Shown: piece after piece, positions 1-7,302 of the stretch | How the letters are laid out: each line of letters begins with the position of its first letter | How positions within the stretch are numbered: position 1 is the first letter of the stretch | Assembly (NCBI GenBank): GCA_043779265.1 | Contig: JAYWEM010000072.1 | Span: 1-42,190 of the forward strand | Reading direction: 5' to 3' | Source of the DNA: a bacterium | Lineage (GTDB): Bacteria; Eisenbacteria; RBG-16-71-46 | Length of the DNA: 42,190 nt | Made by a program: the position numbers and the translations under genes | The notes under the pieces: model-generated | The model's input: the letters and a program-made list of their open reading frames with translations, nothing else | The model's database searches: none | Told to the model about the DNA's origin: nothing

Positions 1-700
1 GCGGCTTCATCACCTCATGCAGCACGCCGTCGATGCGGAATCGCACGGTGATGCGCTCGCGCGAAGGCTCGACATGGATGTCGCTGGCACGCTGGTCGAT
101 CGCCTCGGCGATCATCAGATGGACGAGCCGGACGACCGGCGCGTCCTCGACCTGCTGTCGCAGCGCGGCGAGATCGATGTCCTGGTCGTCATCCTTGGCC
201 GACGTGAGATCGATCTTGTCGAGGATCTCTCCCAGGTGCTCGCTCGCTCGCATCTCCGAGTAGAAGCTGTCGATCGCCTCGCGCACTTCGCTCGGCCGCG
301 CCAGCCACACTTTGAGCGTGCAGCCGGTCAGGGCGCGGAGGTGGTCGAGCGAAACGACATCGAGCGGGTCACCGACCGCCACTTCGAGCGTGTCGCCTTC
401 CTTGTGCATCGCCAGCATCAGGGACTCGCGAGCGAGATGCTCGGGCACCAACTGCACGGCGGATCGCTCGGCCTGCGAGAGTCGTTCGGCCAGCGCGATC
501 GGCAGCGAGAACTGGGTGGCGAGGAGATCGGTGATCACGGGCTCCTCGACGAGCCCGAGGCGGACCACGGCCTGACCGAGTCGCTCGCGTTCCATGCGCT
601 CATCGAGCGCGCGGTGGACTTCATCGAGAGTCAGGTGCCCCTGCTCGACGAGCAGCTCGCCGAGCCGCCGGGTGCTGAGGCGATAGGAGGTCGAGGTCAT
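1..700 (-). CDS. pilB: PilB/GspE-family assembly ATPase, N-terminal part (runs off window start); absent from the supplied ORF track
   Basis: Manual translation from ATG at 700, which overlaps the pilT stop (ATGA): MTSTSYRLSTRRLGELLVEQGHLT...EDAPVVRLVHLMIAEAIDQRASDIHVEP...VRFRIDGVL. Carries tandem MshEN motifs and the ASDIHxEP/RxDGVL signature. A GspE assignment cannot be excluded. Confidence 0.88.
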   Translation of the reverse strand, partial: MTSTSYRLSTRRLGELLVEQGHLTLDEVHRALDERMERERLGQAVVRLGLVEEPVITDLLATQFSLPIALAERLSQAERSAVQLVPEHLARESLMLAMHKEGDTLEVAVGDPLDVVSLDHLRALTGCTLKVWLARPSEVREAIDSFYSEMRASEHLGEILDKIDLTSAKDDDQDIDLAALRQQVEDAPVVRLVHLMIAEAIDQRASDIHVEPSRERITVRFRIDGVLHEVMKP

Positions 701-1815
701 CGCGAATCCCCGCGATCGATCTCGGCGATGCGGAACGTGCGGCGCTGGACGGCGGCGCGCTTCTCGACGTCGACGAAGTGGGGGTAGGCATCCTCGAAGC
801 CGACGAGCGAGCGGTCGACGAGTTCGCCGAGAGCGTCGTCCATCGGCAGCATGTCCTCGCGCAGACTGGTGGAGATCACGTTGCCGATCTGGTGCACCTT
901 GTCCTCACGGATCAGATTCTGCACGGCCTGATTGACGAACATGAACTCGCGCGCCGCGACACGTCCACTGCCATCGGTGCGAGGGAGCAGGATCTGCGAG
1001 ACCACCGCGCGGAGCGTGCTGGCCAGCTGGGCGCGAACCTGCGACTGCTGGTGCGGCGGGAACGAATCGATGATGCGCGTCACCGTCTGCGGCGCCGACT
1101 GCGTCGCCATCGTGGAGATGACGAGGTTGCCGGTCTCGGCAGCGGTCAGCGCCATCGACATGCTGGACAGGTCGCGCATCTCGCCGACGAAGATCACATG
1201 CGGCATCTGACGCAGGGCGCCGCGCAGGCCTCGCGAGTAGGTGCGGGTGTCGACGCCGACTTCGCGCTGCTCGATCACCGCGTGCTTCGCCTCGAACAGG
1301 AACTCGATCGGGTCCTCGACCGTCACGATGTGCTTGGCCGGTCCCATCGCGTTCAGCTGCTCGAGCAGGGAGGCGATCGTCGTGGACTTGCCGGAACCGG
1401 TCGGCCCGGTGATCAGCACGAGACCCTTGGTGATGGCCAGCAGCCGTTCGACGACATGCGGCGCAAGGCCGATCTCATCCGGCAGTGGGATGCGCATGGG
1501 CACGATGCGGATGGCGGCGCCCCAGTGTCCGCGCTGGATGAACAGATTGGTGCGGAAGTGGGCGAGCCCGGGGACGTGATGGCGCGTGTCGAGTTCGAGA
1601 TCGCGCAGGAATCGCTCGTGCAGCGCGGGCGTCAGGAAGCTCTCGCACAGCCGCCTCGCCACGACGGGCGTGAGTGGCTCGAATCCCTCGAGCGGCTCCA
1701 GTCGTCCCGCGACCTGAACCATCGGAGGATGCCCCACCGTGAGCAGCAGGTCGGATGCCCGGGCATCCACTGCTCGGCGAAGGACCATGTCGCGCTCGAG
1801 AGCCTGCGGGGTCAC
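697..1815 (-). CDS. pilT: PilT/PilU-family retraction ATPase with a divergent His-box
   Basis: Walker A GPTGSGKSTT, TVEDPIEF, QREVG, Walker B VIFVGEMRD, AVQNLIRE motif. Start placed at GTG 1815 downstream of GGAG; the ORF extension to 2106 looks non-coding. Confidence 0.88.
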   Translation of the reverse strand: MTPQALERDMVLRRAVDARASDLLLTVGHPPMVQVAGRLEPLEGFEPLTPVVARRLCESFLTPALHERFLRDLELDTRHHVPGLAHFRTNLFIQRGHWGAAIRIVPMRIPLPDEIGLAPHVVERLLAITKGLVLITGPTGSGKSTTIASLLEQLNAMGPAKHIVTVEDPIEFLFEAKHAVIEQREVGVDTRTYSRGLRGALRQMPHVIFVGEMRDLSSMSMALTAAETGNLVISTMATQSAPQTVTRIIDSFPPHQQSQVRAQLASTLRAVVSQILLPRTDGSGRVAAREFMFVNQAVQNLIREDKVHQIGNVISTSLREDMLPMDDALGELVDRSLVGFEDAYPHFVDVEKRAAVQRRTFRIAEIDRGDSR

Positions 1816-2429
1816 CGGCTGGACGCTCCATGCAGAGGGGGGGGACGGGCTGCGTCGGTGGGAACCACCTGCACGGAATCGACCGGACGAGCGAGGACAT
1901 CTTACGCCAAGCCGGACGGGGGTCGGCGCGAAGAACGTCTTGGACGGTCCGAGTAGGTGAAGTGCTGCTTGAGGATAGGGAGCCGCACGCTCCCCGGTCA
2001 ATGCTGACGGGTCGCAGCGCGGTCGCTCGCGGAATCCTCGTGATCCTCCGACCCGAGATCCGTTCTCGTGCTGTCCGGAGTCTGGAAAGCGCTCAGGAAA
2101 GTTCATCGGAGCTCTGGCACTGGCCGTCTTCGTCCGCTATATTCCGTCTCGCGTTCGCTCGATTCCGGGTCGAGCCTCGCACCCAAGGAAGGGTCAGCGC
2201 TCCCGTGTGTCCATTGGAGTGCGGCCCCCCGACGGGGCCCCGTGCAGCGACAGGGAAGGTCGCCCTTCGTTGCACTCCGGCATCGCTCGGACAGCAAGTC
2301 GCACGATGCGCAGTCGCTGGATCTCTCCCCACGGAAGGATCCACAACGGTTCAGGTCCACTCGGATGTCACGCTTCCGAGCGGGCTGCGAACGCAACTTC
2401 CTCACAAGATCATGGATGAGTGGTGGTGC

Positions 2430-2445
2430 AGGCACGTCTCGTGCA
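2430..2445 (+). promoter_or_regulatory. Putative sigma54 (-24/-12) promoter for the first FN3 gene
   Basis: aGGCACGtctcgTGCa: GG at 2431-2432, 10 nt, GC at 2443-2444; matches TGGCACG-N4-TTGC. Confidence 0.65.
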
Positions 2446-2608
2446 CTGCGCACCGCGGTTCTCGGTGACCCTGTGTCGGGTCGATCCGGGCCCGGAGTCG
2501 GTCGAACGTGCGGGTCCCATCTGTTCGCGACCAGCTCTGCACCTCGCTCATGCATCTTGCGGTCGGCGCCTCTCCTCCCTCCTGGGTGGCGCCTCGGAGG
2601 CAGCGTTC

Positions 2609-3415
2609 ATGCACCGTTGGTCCGTCGCATTCGCGGCGGTCATCGTGACTCTCACGATGTCCGTCTCCGTGGTCCATGCGCAGTCGGCATGGAACAGCGT
2701 CACCCTGTCCTGGACGACTCCGGGGGACGACAGCTTGAGCGGTACGGCTTCGCAATTCGACATCCGCTACTCGACATCGCTCATCACCTCGGCCAACTAC
2801 GCTTCGGCCACGAGGTGGACTTCGGGCGTGCCGGTTCCGACCGCGCCCGGTTCGAGTCAGAGCGTGATGGTCACGGGCCTCACGCCCTCGACCACCTACT
2901 GGTTCGCGATCAAGACAGGCGACGATGTTCCGAACTGGGCCGGTATCTCCAACGTGGTCTCGCGGACCACGACGGTGGCACCCGATGTGTCGCGCCCGGC
3001 AGCTCTGGCGATCAGCGTCTCGTCGATCAACGACACGTCGGCCACGCTGCAGTGGGTCGCCGTGGGGGACGACTCGCTGACCGGAACCGCCACGTCCTAC
3101 GACATCCGCTACTCGAGTTCTCCGATCACCTCGGCCAACTGGGCGACGGCGATCCAGGCGACGGGGGAGCCCACTCCGACCGCGGCCGGGAGCACGCAGT
3201 CCTGCCAGGTTCGCGGGTTGTCACGGCAGGTGACGTACTACTTCGCCGCCAAGGTGACCGACGACTCGGGCAACGTCTCGGGACTCTCCAACGTCCCGTC
3301 GGCGACCACGCCCGATACCAAGGCCCCCGCCACGATCGCCGACCTCACGGTCGGGTGGATCTGGCTCAACGCCTCGAGCACGGCGCTCACGCCGCCTCGA
3401 CAGGCGGCCCGCTAG
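2609..3415 (+). CDS. Secreted tandem FN3 protein (2 domains, no C-terminal sorting domain)
   Basis: GGAGG RBS, ATG 2609; signal peptide ending VHA; two repeats of W(T/V)xxGDDSLxGTAxxYDIRYS...Y(W/Y)FAxK..DD..N..SN. Confidence 0.85.
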   Translation: MHRWSVAFAAVIVTLTMSVSVVHAQSAWNSVTLSWTTPGDDSLSGTASQFDIRYSTSLITSANYASATRWTSGVPVPTAPGSSQSVMVTGLTPSTTYWFAIKTGDDVPNWAGISNVVSRTTTVAPDVSRPAALAISVSSINDTSATLQWVAVGDDSLTGTATSYDIRYSSSPITSANWATAIQATGEPTPTAAGSTQSCQVRGLSRQVTYYFAAKVTDDSGNVSGLSNVPSATTPDTKAPATIADLTVGWIWLNASSTALTPPRQAAR

Positions 3416-3416
3416 G

Positions 3417-4400
3417 ATGCAGGGAACCCTGCGCGTTCACGCGCTCTTCCGGCGGGGTTCCTTAGCAGCGATCGCGTGCGCGTGCCTGCTCACCGGGCAC
3501 GCGCACGCGCAGTCCGCAGGCGCGGACTCGCTCCGACTTCATTGGACGGCTCCGACCGATGACGGTTCGACGAGTGCAGTGGCGAACTTCGAAGTGCGGA
3601 AGTCCTCGAGCGCGATCCTGACCGAGGTCGACTACGCCCTCGCTTCGATCCTGCCCGGAGTGCCCACGCCGGGCCCGGCGGGAACGCCGCAGGTCATGCG
3701 CGTGCGAGGACTGGCCTCGGGGGTGAGCCACTGGTTCTGCGTGCGCAGCGTGGATGCGGCGGGGAACTGGTCGGGGCTCTCGAACATCCTGAAGTGGGAC
3801 GGCGCGCTCGATACCGCCGCGCCGCAGGCTCCCGCCAACGTCTCGGCGACGCCCGATGATGAGTTCAAGGTCGTGCGCATCACGTGGCGGCCCAACACCG
3901 AGCCGGATCTCGCGGGTTACTACGTGTTCCGCTCAGCGAGTGTCCAGGGGCCGTGGGAGGAGGCGGGCCGCGTGCAGGGGCAGACGACCGAGTTCCTCGA
4001 TTCGCGCTTGCCGGCGGCTCCCGTGCTCGTCTACCAGGTTGCCGCCTATGACGCGCGGGGCAACGTGAGCGCTCGCTCGCGAGCCGTCACCGTCGAACTG
4101 GGAATCGATGCGCCATCCGCCTGGCGCCTGTTGCCCGCCTATCCGAATCCTGCCCGCGCCGGGGACTCCCAGCGCATCCCGGTCGCTGCGCCAGTTGCAG
4201 CGACGGCGATCCTCGAAGTGGTGGATGCGGCTGAGTCGCGTGTCCGCCGACTCGAGGCGGTGCTGCGCGCGCCGGGATTGATCGAGTTCCAGTGGGACGG
4301 TCGCAACGATGCCGGGCGGTTGTGCGCGCCGGGCGTCTATCGCGCCTGGCTCCTCGCCGATGGCGTCCGCAAGTCCATCCGTCTCGCGAGGCTCCCCTAG
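3417..4400 (+). CDS. Secreted FN3 x2 protein with C-terminal FlgD-Ig/T9SS-like sorting domain
   Basis: Signal peptide ending AHA; WTAPTDDG and WRPNTEPDLAGYYVFR FN3 motifs; C-terminal AYPNP...WDGRNDAGRLCAPGVYRAWL. Confidence 0.85.
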   Translation: MQGTLRVHALFRRGSLAAIACACLLTGHAHAQSAGADSLRLHWTAPTDDGSTSAVANFEVRKSSSAILTEVDYALASILPGVPTPGPAGTPQVMRVRGLASGVSHWFCVRSVDAAGNWSGLSNILKWDGALDTAAPQAPANVSATPDDEFKVVRITWRPNTEPDLAGYYVFRSASVQGPWEEAGRVQGQTTEFLDSRLPAAPVLVYQVAAYDARGNVSARSRAVTVELGIDAPSAWRLLPAYPNPARAGDSQRIPVAAPVAATAILEVVDAAESRVRRLEAVLRAPGLIEFQWDGRNDAGRLCAPGVYRAWLLADGVRKSIRLARLP

Positions 4401-4401
4401 C

Positions 4402-5418
4402 ATGGGCGCCCGCGCACGGATGCGCATGCAGAGTCTCGCGCTCGTCGCGACCCTGGTCGCCCTCTTTGCGCCCATGCGGGCGCGCGCCGATGGCGAGGGC
4501 TCCGGAACGCGAGCGGCGAGCTTCCTCCAGACCGCCGCGGCTCCGAGATGGAGCGCCATGGGTGGAGCCGGACTCGCGAGCGGCGGCGACCTCTCGAGCG
4601 CCGTCTGGAATGCCGCTTCGCTCGCTTCGCTGTCCGAAGCTCGCTGGGAGGTCATGCATGCCGAACTCCCGAGCGGTGGCCAACTTTCGTGGGGATCCCT
4701 CGGCGGTCGTCACCCCGGCGGTACTCGCTGGGCCCTCACCGCGCTGCATCGCTCCGAAGGGGACATCGAGGGGCGCGACGCGTCGAACCAACCCACGCAG
4801 ACCTTCACCGCGCAGTCCCTCGCGCTCGGCCTGACGCTGGCCAGGCCGGTCGGCTCACTGCTCTCGGTGGGAGGCACCGCGCGCTATGTGGGCGAGCACA
4901 TCGGCGCGACGCACGGAAACGGCCTCGCATTCGGTTTCGGCGCTCAGGCGAGACTCGGCGTGCTCCGTGTCGCGATCTCCGGTCAGGACTTCGGCGGTGG
5001 CATGCGCTGGGAACACCAGCAGTGGGCCATGCCCGCGACACTCGCGGCGGGATTCGCACTCGTGCATGAGGGAAGTGGGCTCACGTTGGCGACCGATCTC
5101 GCATCACCTGCCGCCGGCCTTCGCAGCCTGAGAACAGGCGCCGAGTGGACGATCGGTGGTCGTGCCGCGCTGCGCACCGGATGGCGACAAGAACTCGGTG
5201 TCTCGTCCGCTGACGCACCGGGTGGCCCGAGCTTCGGACTCGGACTCGCGGTCGGCGCGATGTGGCTCGACTACTCGATCGAGAGCGGCGCGCGATCCGA
5301 GGGCGTGCAACGTGTCGGGCTGTCGCTGGCGCCTGGTCGGCGCGGCGGTGGCCTCGCCCTGCCCGGCTCGCCCGGCTTCGTCGGGCCCACGCTGCCGCCC
5401 GGGCCAACGCGCGACTGA
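4402..5418 (+). CDS. PorV/PorQ-family outer-membrane beta-barrel
   Basis: Signal peptide; AASFL...SAMGGAG...AVWNAASLA N-terminal motif of PorV/FadL-like barrels; alternating beta-strands; LRTG and LDYS strands. Start could be 4402, 4420 or 4426. Confidence 0.8.
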   Translation: MGARARMRMQSLALVATLVALFAPMRARADGEGSGTRAASFLQTAAAPRWSAMGGAGLASGGDLSSAVWNAASLASLSEARWEVMHAELPSGGQLSWGSLGGRHPGGTRWALTALHRSEGDIEGRDASNQPTQTFTAQSLALGLTLARPVGSLLSVGGTARYVGEHIGATHGNGLAFGFGAQARLGVLRVAISGQDFGGGMRWEHQQWAMPATLAAGFALVHEGSGLTLATDLASPAAGLRSLRTGAEWTIGGRAALRTGWRQELGVSSADAPGGPSFGLGLAVGAMWLDYSIESGARSEGVQRVGLSLAPGRRGGGLALPGSPGFVGPTLPPGPTRD

Positions 5419-5585
5419 GGCCACAGGCTCTCGCAGCCTGCCCGGGTGCATTGCAGTTTCCCTCGGACGCGCCTCCCCGGCACCCGCCGACGGGTTCTCC
5501 CCGCACGTTTCCGCTCCGCTGCAGGTTGAACCGCCACCAGCACTTGCGAGGACGTCGCGCGTGGATCCGATCGAGCGCCTCGAGT

Positions 5586-5601
5586 GGGCACGCAAGCTGC
5601 T
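5586..5601 (+). promoter_or_regulatory. Putative sigma54 promoter for the third FN3 gene
   Basis: gGGCACGcaagcTGCt: GG at 5587-5588, 10 nt, GC at 5599-5600; about 100 nt upstream of ATG 5701. Confidence 0.65.
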
Positions 5602-5700
5602 CGAAGGTGCGCGGCCCGGTGGCCCGACTCACCACCTGGGCCGCTGAGCGCTGGGACCGTCGAGCTGGCCTCGACTCACGCGGATCGATCTGGAGTGGCG

Positions 5701-7002
5701 ATGACCGACTGGAAGCGCATCGTGGCAGTGGCAGCGTGGGTGGCCGTCTCGGGCGTGAGCTCGGTGCAGGCCCAGGTCACGTCCACGACCGTGGGACTCA
5801 GCTGGACCGCGCCCGGCGATGACTCGCTCAGTGGGACCGCATCGGTCTACGACCTGCGCATGAGCCTGTCGGCGATCGATGGCGCCAACTTCGCCTCGGC
5901 GACTGCGGTCACGAGTCTCCCGACACCGCTCGTCGCGGGTACGCGCCAGAGCAAGACGGTGAGCGGCCTGTCGCCCTCGACCACCTACTGGTTCGCGCTC
6001 AAGACGCGTGACGACGCCGGCAACTGGTCGCCCATCTCCAACCTCGTTCAGGCGACCACGCTCGTCACGAACGATCCCATTCGCCCGGCCGCGCTCGCGA
6101 TCTCCTCGGGCGTGCTCACCTCGACTAGCGTGCAGCTGACTTGGAACGCAGTCGGTGATGACAGTCTGAGCGGCACGGCGACGAGCTACGATGTCCGCCG
6201 CTCGACGAGCGCGATCACCGAGGGCAACTGGGCGAGCGCGACCCAGGTCCCCGGGGAACCGGCTCCGGCGGTTGCGGGCACCGCGCAGAGCATGACGGTC
6301 TCGTCGCTCGATCGCTCGACCGACCTCTACTTCGCCGCCAAGGTGAGCGACGAGGAGGACAACTTCTCGGCGCTCTCGAACGTCGTGATGGTGGCTCGGC
6401 TGCTCGACACGGCGCCGCCGTCGACGCCCTCGGGCCTCGCGGCGTCGCGCGAGACTCCCTCGAACGTGCGCGTGCAGTGGAACGACAACGCCGAGGCCGA
6501 CCTCGCTGGCTATCGCGTCTACCGTGCGGTCGCAGCGGCGGGACCCTTCACGCTGATCAGTGGCGGCTCGCTGGTCGTGGCCTCGGAGTTCCTCGACACG
6601 TCGGTCCCGGACTCGAATGCCGTGTGGTACCAGGTGAGTGCCGTCGATGCGACGTCGAACGAGAGCGCACGCACGGCGTCCTTCCGACTGTGGCTCGCGG
6701 GCGAGGAAGTGCTGGCGTGGACGATCCAGCCCGCGTATCCGAATCCCAGTTCGCTCGCCTCACCGGTGACGCTCCCGATCGACGTGCCGGCGGCCGGTCC
6801 CTTCGAAGGCCGCGTTGAGATCACCAACAGCGCCGGCGAGCGAGTCCGCGTCATCGAACTGCAGGGTCTCTCGCCGGGCACGCAGTCGGTGCAGTGGGAT
6901 GGACTGAACGATGCGGGCCGTCGCACCGCGCCGGGGATCTATCGGGCCTGGCTGCACGTCGGCGGCAGGCGCAGCGCGGTGAAGGTCGTGCGCACGCCCT
7001 GA
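5701..7002 (+). CDS. Secreted FN3 x3 protein with C-terminal FlgD-Ig/T9SS-like sorting domain
   Basis: GGAG RBS; signal peptide ending VQA; WTAPGDD, WNAVGDD and WNDNAEADLAGY repeats; AYPNP...WDGLNDAGRRTAPGIYRAWL. Confidence 0.87.
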   Translation: MTDWKRIVAVAAWVAVSGVSSVQAQVTSTTVGLSWTAPGDDSLSGTASVYDLRMSLSAIDGANFASATAVTSLPTPLVAGTRQSKTVSGLSPSTTYWFALKTRDDAGNWSPISNLVQATTLVTNDPIRPAALAISSGVLTSTSVQLTWNAVGDDSLSGTATSYDVRRSTSAITEGNWASATQVPGEPAPAVAGTAQSMTVSSLDRSTDLYFAAKVSDEEDNFSALSNVVMVARLLDTAPPSTPSGLAASRETPSNVRVQWNDNAEADLAGYRVYRAVAAAGPFTLISGGSLVVASEFLDTSVPDSNAVWYQVSAVDATSNESARTASFRLWLAGEEVLAWTIQPAYPNPSSLASPVTLPIDVPAAGPFEGRVEITNSAGERVRVIELQGLSPGTQSVQWDGLNDAGRRTAPGIYRAWLHVGGRRSAVKVVRTP

Positions 7003-7024
7003 TCGGATTCCGTGATGAGTCGAT

Positions 7025-7063
7025 CGCGAACGCCCGGCGGGGATTCATCGCCGGGCGTTCGCG
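7025..7063 (+). terminator. Strong stem-loop after the FN3 x3 gene (terminator or stabiliser)
   Basis: cgcgaacgcccggcg / cgccgggcgttcgcg, 15-bp stem with 9-nt loop; no U-tract. Confidence 0.5.
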
Positions 7064-7227
7064 CGTACGTCGACGAACCGCTCTCGTGCGGAATGCAGAG
7101 CGTTGGCGGATCGGCATTGCGGGAGGCGGCGGAGCGCCATGGTCCCGTCATCGACCCCGGAAAGTGCCGATCGGTCAGGTCGCGCAGTGACAATCGGTTG
7201 CGGTGATGTCCTCTTGTGAAGGCGAAG

Positions 7228-7243
7228 CGGCACGGACAGTGCT
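7228..7243 (+). promoter_or_regulatory. Putative sigma54 promoter for the PorV-LysM gene
   Basis: cGGCACGgacagTGCt: GG at 7229-7230, 10 nt, GC at 7241-7242; 60 nt upstream of ATG 7303. Confidence 0.65.
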
Positions 7244-7302
7244 CCATCGGCGCGGACCCGGAATTCCGTGGGATGTCACCCGACGCATCGGAGACCTGCA
7301 CC

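Noticed and set aside
17..1956. Long plus-strand ORFs 17-787 and 778-1956
   Set aside because: Antisense shadows of pilB and pilT, typical of high-GC DNA; no protein motifs.
1893..7213. GAGGACRTC motif near three putative sigma54 promoters (about 1893, 5548 and 7205 reverse)
   Set aside because: Inconsistent orientation and spacing; short enough to occur by chance.
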